Below, piece by piece: positions 40,991-53,013 of a stretch of 64,000 bases of DNA; the stretch's first letter is position 1, and every line of letters starts with the position of its first letter. The notes beneath the pieces were generated by a model that saw nothing but the letters and a program-made list of their open reading frames with translations, searched no databases and was not told the DNA's origin. The stretch spans positions 19,320,805 through 19,384,804 of the forward strand of contig OZ316894.1 in the NCBI GenBank assembly GCA_973895155.1, given 5' to 3'. This stretch comes from Marsupella aquatica (Eukaryota > Plantae > Marchantiophyta). The translations under genes and the position numbers were made by a program.

Positions 40991-43900
40991 CACTCCCGAT
41001 GGTGCGGAGCCCAACCTTGTGGCGACACAACTGACTCAGGTGCCTGGTCACCCGGCAATGTATGGTGATTGACTGGTAATATAGAGTTGTGGGTCTGAGT
41101 AACTACACATCCAAATATGACATATATGGTGTATGATATCACTCCGTATCATGCTAAATTTTGTTATTTTCTTTAAATTAATGAGTGCACACTATATATT
41201 ATCACATTTTGATATGTGATTAAGGGGCCGAGTCACTTCAGAAAATTAGTGTATAGTGATTGACTGGTAGTACAGAGTCTACAAATCTTACAGAAAGTAA
41301 TAAGGAAGATAAGCTACTACAGTGTAACAGTACTGTAATGCAGCGAACGACATGGCCTCGGTTTCAGCACAGCACTGTTTATTTCCGGCTCTGCGCTACG
41401 AACCTATCTTGTCGTTAGCATACAGGCATGTGGGTGCCACCCTCACTATACTACTATCCTATATTGCGTCTGTTGTGGGCCCTTTTTTTTTCTTTCTTAA
41501 TAGTCTACTGTAGCTACCATATATAATCGGCATAGACTATTCAGGCCTAATGTCTACAGTGAAGGGTATAAACTCTGGGGTGGAAACGGAAAACAGGGAT
41601 AGGGGATGAGTCTTTGCAAATTGAGCAATGGGTTTGAAAATACTCGCCTCTATTTAGGCACTCCGGGATTCTTCACACACCTAGGGCATTCTACCTCTAG
41701 GCCTCACTTTGGCTTTGAAGCTGCTGCTTTTTATTGGCGTTTTGTCAACTGATTCTTGCTTTGCTTCTATGTATTGGTAGGGTGGGAATTAGGGGATGCA
41801 TTTAGGTCTTAGTGGAGACATTGGTTTTGATGCCCTTGATGCTTCCACTTAAATATAAAAAAATGCCAAAAGAATTCACAATCTGAAGTTGTCACTACAC
41901 TTAGGTAATATGTTCAGATTTGTCACTGAAAATTAATTCAAGAATACTACAGTAGCCTCAGTGCCGATTCTTTGAACATCAATAGTAGAGTACATTCAAG
42001 GCCCTTGTGCCATTGTCAAAGACTTCCTCTGTTCACAGTTCCCTCTTCTTCAGTTACACCTTGAATTCAGGTTAACCTGTCTAAAGGCTTCATAGTAGAC
42101 AGTAGGCACTAAGAAGTAGATTTTGACCACAATTATAGAGAGATAACGGTAGTTCCCCATAATGTATCCTATAAACAATAATAACTCCAAAGGCACCCTA
42201 GGCTGCATAAAGAATCTTGTCGTTAGGGAGCAGGCATGTGGCTGCCACAGTGCCACTCTTAGTATCCAAAGTTGCGTCTATTGTGGGCTGTTTTTTTCGC
42301 TTTCCACTGGTGGTACTGTTGTACAGTAACCTGTAAGTGGAAAAGAAAACTGACAAAAAGGACAGAACGATGATGGAAAAGGAAGACGATAGAAAATACA
42401 GGTGGACGAAAAGAGTGTGGTGACAAAAAGACGGCGGTGAAGTACGTTATTGTGACAGTTACGACGTGAGCACACGGCGATCAAGGGGGTTGGATTTGGG
42501 ACCTAGTTAGGGCATTTGACAACGTACAATTAACCATTTAAACTACTCTTACTAGCATTTCACCTATGAGTTCACCATAGTTCTCATTGTTTATATTATG
42601 TAGTCACTCGTTCAATATTTTTGTGCATTGTGTAAGAGAGATATACAGTATTTGTATAAAAAATGTACTTGTGCAAAAAAAAATGTACGGAAAATGTCAC
42701 TCTAAAAGATGTCCTGGAAGGAGTCATGAAGGACAACAAGCATTGCAAAAACAATGTAAACTTCGGAACCCTATGTCCATGCATTGCCTAATTATTATTG
42801 TGATTGTGTTATGCTTGTGGTTGGGTTGTCACTGCCGGTGTGTTGTTTCGTTTGGGCCGTCACAGGGGTCATGTGATTTCTGCAGGAATGTTGTCATTCC
42901 AGCCATGTCATCTTATGCAGGCAAGTTATGGTTGTCACTTGGGTGCATGGCCGTTAGTATGTAATGTCATCATTTTAGCCAAAGTTGTTGTTGTGAAAGT
43001 GATGTTGTTGAGGAGGACAAGTGCGTGGAGGGCTGGGGAACACAAGACAGGTAAAAATATGCAGGCATTGTGTGGGGTCTGGGTGGGGCTCGGCCATGGA
43101 ACATGGATGGAGAACATTTCTACTTTTTTTTTTGTCTCCCTCTGTATTTCCCTATCCCCCATGCCCTCCATCTCTTTCCTGACAGTCTCCTCCCTAGCCC
43201 TTCCACTCCCTACGCCCCTCCACCTCTACCTTTTCTTCCCTCCAACACCATTAAAAAATAGAAAAAAAAACTTTGGGAAGCAAAGAGAAATTAAAACCTC
43301 CAAAAAATTAAAATTCTCTTCTCAATAGCCAGAGGCCAAAAACCTTTCTCATGTCAATCCATTTCCCTTTCTTTTTGGTTGAAAGAAGGCTGCGCATAGC
43401 TCCGTCAGTACCACACAAGGGGACGAAAGCACCCAAGCCACACAAGAACAACAAAAGTTGCGGACCAAGCTGGGGAACAAGCCCCACATACTAAAATGAT
43501 ACAACTACAGTAGTTGCTACCCTGAAACCTAGTCCTCAATAAGTCCTGGTGTTGTCCAGGGTTATGTGAAGACTGTAGTCTACTCTTACTCAGATTTCTG
43601 TCTAGTGCTAAGGGAATTCAGGTTGCTGAAAAAACCTTCACAAAGACTACTGTGTAAAGTGCTTGTGCTTTTTGATGCCATGTCCTGTCCCTGGTCGTAA
43701 TATCCATTCCATCTCACCATTGGACTCTGTGTTTTTATCCTAATATATTTTTATTAGGCTTTGTGTTTGTTTTTCTTCATCATAATAATGTCTTTAGTTT
43801 CTTTCACTATTTTTACCACCAAGCTGGCAGTTCACCTCCCAAAGTTGCTACTCAGTCATGACTCTGGAACCCACTGTAACATTAATCATACTTTAGCCAC

Positions 43901-45286
43901 AACCGGATGACAAAAGAGACTGGGGTTAACGCATGATAATGTGGCAGTTACTTTGTGTCACATGATGGTCAACTGTGAATGATTTGAGACGTGTATTTGA
44001 GACCTGATTAGGTCGGTATCCAACTATGGTCAACCAGACCATGTCCATGGTCAAAGTCCTACTTTTTTAATTAAAGAAAGGTGACAATTGACCAAATTTA
44101 AAAACAACCCGGGATGCTCAACGCCTCAAACTCTTGGCCCATTTAATAACTGAATAAAATTATATTTTCTCCCTGGCGTTTTTCCCTACTGCTCTTCGCA
44201 TTGGCAAATGTCAAGGTCCCATCACTATACCTTAATTGGTTCAGTCAAATGTAAATGTTTAAGACTTTAAGGGCACCCACTAACCTGTGGGGCATTGAGT
44301 CAATCATATGTCAACGCACGAGAGGCGATATACGTGCAAGAGACCCTGCCACCATGTACTGGATGGGGCACCCTCAAATAAGACTATTTCTTTACAAGAG
44401 GAATCCCAAGAGATTGAAGATTAGTGAGGAGACGGATCAGATTCAAAGTTGGCTGGCCAGCACAACACCTCACCCCCGCCGCCCCCCCCCCCCCCCTGCC
44501 CCTTTGCATACACACCCTCTTCATAAGATCAGGGTACTGGGAGGAAAAGGGGGCGAATGGAAAAATGAGTCTGTGCCCTCGCCCTTAAACCCGCTGCCAT
44601 CCCGGCCCCTGGCCCCAAGAGAGCAGGTAAGGGTTGCCAACTTCAAAATTCCTGGGTGCTACCCCTTCAGAACTCAGCAGTCTGGGATTGCTCTGGGAGC
44701 CATCCCAAGACTTAATGCCTCTCTTATTTTTCTCTTTGTATTTTCGTTACTTTTATGCAGAAGTTGCAGAGTCCAGATTTGAATAGAGGCATTATGAAAC
44801 TTCATTACAAATTAAAAGGCCTTCAAGTGTATATGAGCCCTGCTACAAGGGCATCACAGGCAATAGTAGCCCCTCAAAACTTGAGATATAGCCCTCATTT
44901 TTCTAGATTCAACCTCTCTATAAACTCTGCCACATTAGGCAAAAATTTCTTAGGTTTCTTAGCTCCCATTTGCCAGGCCTTCCCCCTAGTCACAGCCCCA
45001 TTAGCCATATCTAAAGGTCATCCTCAAATCTACAGAGATATCTGACAGTCATACTTTAATTTATCTAGGAATAGACCTTGCATCCTCTTCACACATGGTG
45101 AGCTTAGCCAGACGGCCTCAAAATAAATTAAAAAGTTTAAAATGTTATGGCCAACCATGCCCTCTTACCAGGCCCTTACTCTATAGGGGTTGCAGGTTGT
45201 GTCATAATTTTAATTAAGATTTTTCTAAAAGTTCATCGCTGGATGATTGGAGCACTGATACACCTAAGACTCTACTTTATATTTAT

Positions 45287-45292
<6 letters not shown>

Positions 45293-45321
<29 letters not shown>
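45293..45321. repeat. (TA)n microsatellite
   Basis: Directly visible. Confidence 0.95.
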
Positions 45322-45324
<3 letters not shown>

Positions 45325-45584
45325 ATTATAGACTATTTTCGATTCCTTGTTAATATCGGGCATGGAGAAAAGCTGTTTAGATTCATTCTGCTGGCATTCT
45401 CAAACGGCGGTGAATGTAATGGAAAACAGCCAAACAAAAGACCCACTCGTACCCACTGGCCGCGATGCAGCTGTACAGTAGTAGTAGCACTGCTGTAGCC
45501 TTCCCCCTTTCTCCCCAATGGATTGGCGATGGCGGTGTTTCTACCCATGCATCCAAAACGTGCTCCCCGATTTGGCACGCTTCC

Positions 45585-45627
45585 GTCCAGTCCAGTCCAG
45601 TCCAGTCCAGTCCAGTCCAGTCCAGTC
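45585..45627. repeat. (GTCCA)n microsatellite
   Basis: Directly visible, about 8.5 units. Confidence 0.95.
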
Positions 45628-45811
45628 GATCCAGACCAGTCCCCAGCCCATTGATGGCACAACTCGGAGCAATCCGTTGAATCTGATGGCAATCGCGGAT
45701 CGCTTCCTGCCTGGCTCCTGCCTGCATGCCTGCCTGGCCCTGTGAGTACAGCTTGCCATGGAGGAGGGGCCCGGTCCTCCATGGAGCAGCCACTTCCAGA
45801 ATTCCAGCAGT

Positions 45812-46173
45812 ATGGCGTTTTCTTAGTGGCCAAAATTCGTTAGATTTCATTTTTTTAGAAGGGAAGATTTATTTGATGGATGGTATTTGATGGATCACTA
45901 AGGAGTACCTGTAGTAATACATCGTCACATACTGTATAGGCGTTTTCTTAGTGGCCCAAATTCGTTAGATTTCATTTTTTTAAAGGATAGATTTATTTGA
46001 TGGATGTTATTTAATGGAGCACTAAGGATGTACCTGTAGTAATACATCGTCACATACTGTATTGGCGTTTTGTTAGTGGCCAGAATTTGTTAGATTTCAT
46101 TCCTTTTGGAAGTCAAGATTTATATGATGAACCTCTAATGTGAAAAAATGTTATTTGATGGATCACTAAGGAG
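45812..46173. repeat. 125-bp tandem repeat x~3
   Basis: ggcgtttt(c/g)ttagtggcc...ttagatttcat starts at 45814, 45939 and 46064. Confidence 0.85.
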
Positions 46174-46534
46174 TAGAGTGATCGGGTAAGTTAATAGACC
46201 TTAAATCAACTTACCCTCCACAGAACTATAGTGTTGGTTGGGAAGCAAACTTTGGCTTGGAGTGCATGAAGAAAGTATCTCCTTTTGAAGGTCTTATCCA
46301 CTATCCTTAGGTTCCTCTGGCCAATTTTACACCTAATCACCGTCCCCATAAGCCTGATCTAATAGTCCTTAAAATAGTCAAGCTTATATCTAGGGATACT
46401 GGAAGATCAGCAATTATTCTGAGAAAAATAGCAACTGAGATAGAATTCGGGAGAGATAGCTAGATTCCACCTCTATTATAAGTCTTTCCACTTTTCCCCA
46501 GAAAGTATTAGGTTTGATGACTTAGCCAGAGACT

Positions 46535-46924
46535 CTATAAGTCAGAATCTAATGGTCATCCTGAAATTCAAGGGGATGTGATGGCCAGAAATAAATCTAA
46601 GAAAATTAGATAAGGAGAGAAAATTATCCAGATTCCATCTTTATTTATAAGTATTCCCCACTTTCTATAAGTCAGAATCTAATGGTCATCCTGAAATTCA
46701 AGGGGATGTGATGGCCAGAAATAAATCTAAGAAAATTAGATAAGGAGAGAAAATTATCCAGATTCCATCTTTATTTATAAGTATTCCCCACTTTCTATAA
46801 GTCAGAATCTAATGGTCATCCTGAAATTCAAGGGGACGTGATGGCCAGAAATAAATCTAAGAAAATTAGATAAGGAGAGAAAATTATCCAGATTCCATCT
46901 TTATTTATAAGTATTCCCCACTTT
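46535..46924. repeat. 130-bp near-perfect tandem repeat x3
   Basis: gtcagaatctaatggtcatcctgaaattc... starts at 46541, 46671 and 46801. Confidence 0.95.
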
Positions 46925-48895
46925 TGGCCAAATACTCCTATCTGATGACCAGAAATCAAATTTTAAAAAATAGAGAAGGAGCACAAATTCACTAAGTTCC
47001 ATCTCAGCCAAATTTGTCATGTTTTCTATTTTCCCATAAGCCACTTTCCCACCAAGCCAGGAACTCCATAACGCCAAAATGTAACGGTCATCCTCAAGTG
47101 TAGGTAAAGGTGAAGGGTAAAACATCAAGAATAATCAGATACAGTGCATTCCCAGCATCTTCTCCAGTCAACGTATCTCTTAGTCACACTGGCGAAGATT
47201 AATTATAAAAAAAAACACTCTAAACTTACCCTATAGTGATATTTATCAACTTTGGAACAGTCCATTCCGCGTTTCCCGTAACCCGGTCCCGAAATCCATC
47301 AGACCCAGACCGAGGTGCTCTAGCAGCCGTTAGATAGCGTTGTGGTCGTATCAATAAATAAATCTGGAATGGACTCGGCCCGGCCCCGGCTCTACCTGGC
47401 GGCTATGGTGTAGACTACTGTACAGATCTACAGGCACGTAACAAAAGGTACGTAGTAGTAGTGTAGTAGTGATAGTGCAGTACACCAGTAGTACGCTCGT
47501 TGTTTCCGTTAACAACGCTCCTGCAATTTTTCGTCGTGGTCTCGAAGGAAACGTTGCCTTGAAACTACCGTTGGGGTCTTGGGGGCGGGGGGAGGAGGGA
47601 GGAGACCAATAATTATGGGCGGATCGGCATGGTGGTGTAGGCCAGCCACACGGTCACGTCCATGTAAGCGCAGTATTCAGTGAAGCTCTGGATGGGGTGG
47701 GAATTTTGGAAGGAATGGGATGGAATGGGAGCGAGGAAATCGTCAAGAGGAGTTGTTACGGAGTTCCTTGGTGATGAAGTACCACGTGTAGGAGCCGGTG
47801 AGAGAGATTGGGAAAATTGGGGCCATTCGAGCTCGGTCTTTACCGGAGTACAGTGGTAGTTTCCGATCGATTGGGTGACTTGGTTTGGGAAAGCGTAGGG
47901 ATGGGGGATCTAGCTGGCTGGCTAGCTAGCTCCTGCGCGTACAGTAGGGTCTTGTGAGTTTTGACTGGTTGTGACCCGACGGATCCTGAGTGAGCATTGA
48001 AGGTTTTGTTGTCTGTGGGGCATGACTGTTGGACGCTGGGCCGCATATATAGCTTCAAACCGTGCCAGTGTTGCATCATTCTCTCCTCAGTCAAGCGTGC
48101 TCGCTCGCTTGTTAGCCTTCTCTACCTCTCTCCTTCTCGCTCAGTAATCAGTGCTCATACAGCTCAAGAGGATTTATCGAAGCTTTCTGTAACTGCTGAG
48201 CTTGGTGTCATTGCGGCTAATAGTTCGGAACAAATTTCTGCGAATTGCTGCTGTATCACGCACATTGTGAGAATTTCATCCTCTGAAGTCCCTTCCTGCC
48301 GTAGACTCGATAGAGCTCTTCCGAACCGTGTGCTAGTGTTCTAGATGTCTTGAAGGTCTTCGGATTCTATGGTTGCTGTGTCTGTCACGGAGAAATTTCT
48401 GTGGGTGCTGTGTTTGTCACGGAGAAAATCTAGTGTTGTGGAAGAGAGGAAGAGGCGAAGTATTAGATCACGGAGCTTCAATTCGTCTCGTCGCATCGTT
48501 GAGAGCTTCATTTCTGCAATGCAGTAGTGGCGCAGCAGAACCACAGCGCGGTCACTTCTCCCCGCTTGCGTGGTCTGTCTATCGAGTAACGTGCATTGCT
48601 CTGTACACATTTCATCTTAGCGTCTGTATTTACCTACTGTTCTGCCATTGCAGGTGTGACTGTAAAGACCAAGCTCCGCTTTTCCAAATCGACGCCTCGT
48701 GTCAGCTACTTATCAGGTGAGAGCCGAAAATACTTCGTCCTGGATGCATTTGTCGCTATGCTTTGTGTCATTCCCGCAGAGTGGAGTAGAGAGTCTATCG
48801 GAAGGATTTTGCCTCCTCAACACTGTTTCAGGATTTGTAACTGCGCCTTCCAGAGTCGCTCACTCTCTTGTTTCTATTGATGTGCAGGATTTAAG

Positions 48896-49276
48896 ATGGC
48901 TCAGTCTGCAGCTATGCTCGTTACCTTCTTTCTTCTCGGTTTGATTTCGTTCCAGGCTGCTGCCCAAGCGCCTACTCCTGCGCCAACCGCAGGTGGCCCA
49001 GTCCCACCTACACCTCCAGTGGCTGCTCCCCCTCCCGCTCCTACTCCAGTCGCACCTCCGGTTGCAGTTCCCTCTGTTGTTCCCACTTCTACCCCCGTCG
49101 CCACACCAAGCGGCACTCCCGCAGGAGCTCCAGGAGCTCCAGTCGTTACCACTCCAGCAGTGGCTTCGCCTGTGGAAGCCCCAGGACCCAGCCAGCCAGG
49201 CAGTGGAGTTGGATCTCGACAGGCATGGAGCGGAGCTGCTGTTGCCTCGGTCATCGTTGCCGTTATGGTATTATGA
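48896..49276 (+). CDS. Classical arabinogalactan protein (signal peptide, P/A/S/T-rich core, GPI-anchor signal), 126 aa
   Basis: N-terminal hydrophobic signal ending AAA|Q, then QAPTPAPT with AP/TP/SP/VP dipeptides. C-terminal small residues are followed by the hydrophobic tail AAVASVIVAVMVL. An acceptor gtgcag lies just upstream (5'-UTR intron) and a TATA-like atatata is near 48045. Confidence 0.92.
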   Translation: MAQSAAMLVTFFLLGLISFQAAAQAPTPAPTAGGPVPPTPPVAAPPPAPTPVAPPVAVPSVVPTSTPVATPSGTPAGAPGAPVVTTPAVASPVEAPGPSQPGSGVGSRQAWSGAAVASVIVAVMVL

Positions 49277-50999
49277 TGAGACAATTAGAAGAATGGACCT
49301 GCTTCGGATAAAACTTATTCAGCAGCGCATAGATTGGGGGAGCGTAATGGTGGCGATGGTGATGACACGTACATCTGATTGATTATTCACCCCGTGGACT
49401 CTTGGGTGCTTTGGCCTTGGATGAGAGACCTCTCTTGACATCTTCATAATAGTTTTGTGATTTGCAGCAGACATGCAGTGTCTTACTCTTTTTCGGCACG
49501 GGTTCGAAATTGTTCTTGGTTCTCTCGGTCTCGTCACATGCGGACGACCGGTGCGACGAATGTGAAGAAATTGTGCTTCCCCAATTTGGGTCCCGGGCAA
49601 ATGCAACTCACACTGCGGAGATGACCGCCACTATACTACATGTGCACGCCTCAATGATTCTGGAAGCGCACACAGTCACGAATATAGATAGATTAGAATT
49701 CTAAAACTGATTTTTTCCTGTCGCCGGCAAATTTAAGTTAGCGAAAACCATTGATCTCAAAGACTGAACCTAGCTGCAGGCAGCAAGCTATTGAGGTTCT
49801 GTGCTGAATAACTCCATAATAAAGTCTCTTAGGCTTCTTTCTGCGATTATGATTATACCTATGGTCAAATTCGAATGGTTCTCGCTTTTGTTCGTGTTTC
49901 CACCGCCAATGCTTGCTAGAAGGTAGAGTCACCTCATTTGAACTCCTTTACTATCGACTCAATCATGGAGCGTTATGTATGCTTTGGTACTTCCACCTTG
50001 CTGTGCCTCATTTCAAGCTAGCCCCATTTCAAGCTAGATCTGGTTTTCTTTTTCCAACTGTCAAGCACTATCCGTTTCCTTTTTGAGATGATTTGTACTT
50101 AAAAGCTATCTGCTTGCTTTCTGGCTTTGCTTTCTGGTTCGTTTGTGAACTTTACAACTTCTGACACTCCAATTCGTCGAAGATCATGCGGAAAGCATTC
50201 GGCGGTCCGTATGAATTCATGAACTTAGACTGCAATTCGGACATTGGTGAAATAGTCGGTGTGCCCCGTCTCTTTTTGCACAGGGTGGATATTGTGGGGT
50301 ATGATCTGTCACGCTTTATGAATGTGTCCCACCTGCGTTGCCCATCCGAAAACGACAGGAAATTCTTGGGTCCAGGCTTTGCGTCAGGCCGGACCAGCCA
50401 TGGCCAGCCTGGACTTTGTACAGCTTTCCAACAGTTCACCGTGTGGCCCTTTTCGCAGAAATACTTTAGTATTCCTATGGAAATGAACGTGACTTTGATT
50501 CTTTGAACTCGAATGGTGTTTTTAGATCTATCCCGTCGCACGTCGGTGTGGCAAAAGGCCCAGCATTTCACGTAAGGAGACCCGACGACCATTCGCGAAT
50601 TCACGTCTAATTTGTGGGATGTGCAAGCGGCTTTCGAGTGCGCTGACGATGAATGGAAATGTACGCTGAAGATGGATGGAAATGATAGCCGGCCCGTGAA
50701 TTACGTTGAAAGAGAAGCTTCTTTAACTACGTGACCCCTTGCAAAGAGAAAGGTCTCTGCTATAAATTCCTAATTGGTCCAAATACTCAACACTTGTCGT
50801 AGTGAGCTCTTTCGGATTGCTGAAATCGCGGCACAAAGAATGGACGACACATTGTAATACAACTACACAGGCCTAAACTCTTATACACGACACAGATTTC
50901 CAATCTCCATATCCCACACGATTCTTCTCAAAATGGAGACAATCTTTCTCACCTGGATCTGATCGATTCGTAGCATGATTGATCAATGGCGAGCAACAT

Positions 51000-51830
51000 T
51001 TACTAAGGTTTTCAGTAGCCCTTTACTGAGGTGTTCGTGTTCAGTTTGAGCTCTGGGGCTCTAGTCCAGTGATACGGCTTCTGCCTCTTGGTGACTCTCC
51101 TGTGCTCTCTACTCCTAAGGTTTTCAGTAGCCCTTTACTGAGTTTTGCAGTAAGCCTCCTATGCTACCCATCGAGAGCTTTACCAGGGTTGTTTTCAGTT
51201 TAGTGCTATGGGGCTTTAGTTCCTTTGCCTGCCTCCTGTGCTTTTTACTCTCAGAGTTCAGTAGGTTTTTAGTTGTGTTGGCTTTAGTTCCTTTTGCCTC
51301 CTATGCTACGAAATCACTCTCAGAGTTCAGTAGGTTTTTAGTTGTGTTGGCTTTAGTTCCTTTTGCCTCCTATGCTACGAAATCCAAAGCTTTACCACTC
51401 TTTTCAGTTCAGCGTTTACTAGGGCTGTAGTTCAGCTTTCAGGGTATTCAGTTTAGTGCTGTGGGGCTTTTGGGTTGTTTGCTGCCCTTTATTTTGGGTG
51501 GCCTACATTTCGGATACTGTTTGGGCGGATTGGGGACTTTGGCTCTTGGTTTTCTTGGGTTGCTCCCCTTTATTGGGTAGCCAACCTTTCGGACCCTGTT
51601 TGGCTGGTGGAGTACTTTGGCTCTTGGGGTTTCCGTGGGTATTTTCCTTGTTTGCTCCCCTTATTTGGTGGCCTGCCTTTGGGATCTTGTTTGTTTGTTT
51701 GTTTAGTTTTTCCTTATTGCTCCCCTTTATTGGGTGACCTGCCTTCGCGATCCTCTTTGTGTGCTCTCCTTTATTGGGTGGCCCGCATGTGGGATCCTGT
51801 TTGGCCGTTTTTGTTATTTGGCAGTTCGAT
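51000..51830. repeat. Composite repeat block (duplicated 30-70-bp units plus cccctttattgggt array), probable non-autonomous TE
   Basis: Duplications ctaaggttttcagtagccctttactgag and actctcagagttcagtaggtttttagttg...; motif family shared with 30230-30495. Confidence 0.7.
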
Positions 51831-52273
51831 CTATAACCACGAGTGAAGTTATGCATTTTGACGGAGTTCTGCAATTTTTACGTGATCCCCGGGAATAGAA
51901 ATATCTCAGCTCTACATTCGTAACGTCCAAAAATCCAAAATGGTCCAAACAATCATACTGTCGTAATGCTGGGATTGCGGCTTGAAACAATGGATGAGAA
52001 GAAACAATGGACACTTTCAGAGGTCTGTATTGTACAGTGCTCAGATTTCCAAATCTCCATATCCCAAGCGTCACGAAATGGAGACAATCTTTCTCGACTG
52101 GATTTTAAAGTAGGTTTTCCTCAACTTCACGACGAATGATCAATGATCAATGACGAGTGACGTTCTACATTTCCACTAGAGGGAATGACTACAAGCTCCA
52201 CTTCTGTCTTGCAATGAACCTCTTCAGTGTGAACTAAGCTGACAAAGGAAAAAGTCCAATAGTCTGAAAATAA

Positions 52274-52353
52274 TTGACCCAGGCTCGCCCATCTGAAAAT
52301 CATTGACCCAGGCTCGCCCATCTGAAAATCATTGACCCAGGCTCGCCCATCTG
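52274..52353. repeat. 29-bp tandem repeat x3 (ttgacccaggctcgcccatctgaaaatca)
   Basis: Units at 52274, 52303 and 52332. Confidence 0.9.
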
Positions 52354-53013
52354 TAATCAAACTAAGTCAGCTTGGAAACTGCCTGAAAGCACCACTGTCC
52401 ATCATCAGACGTGTAGAATTTTCCTGAAATTGTAAAGGCTACCGTACAAACTTCAATAAGTCCCAATAGTTAGAACACAGTTCATCAAGGCTCTCTCCCG
52501 TCTATTATCAGCTTGGAACTCCAAAGCACCATTGTCGAACATCAGACCTGGAGGATTTCCTGCAATTGTGGAGGAGGCTAGCATAGCAGAGTAGGGGAGT
52601 GGCAGGAATGTGAAAAAAGGAGTTTTGAAGACTTCTGCCTTTAGGGCCAATGATGGTCTAACGACACGTATCGAAAGCGTTCATTAGTTAAATTCCGTCT
52701 TTGTTTTGCTTCAGAGGCGATTCGACGAAATTCCGTATGAAGAGCGAATAGATTGTTTCCATATTGCTTTCTCAAAACTTACAGAACAAAATCTGGAGAT
52801 ACTTCTCTTTCGCTTAAGAATCCTAGAGTGATATCCTTAAATATGGTGATGTTCTCATATTATGTACACAAACCGGTCGCATCAACTGGACCAGATCTAA
52901 TTTGCTAACCTATACTGCAGGCTAACGAACTGGACTGAGGTCTCCTGGAAAGAGTCCAAATTGCGACCCTCTACTTCACGCTACTGAGAGGAATGAGATC
53001 GCAACCCCATACT

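Noticed and set aside
48901-49382. Antisense and alternative-frame ORFs over the AGP gene
   Set aside because: Shadow ORFs of GC-rich Pro/Ala codons.
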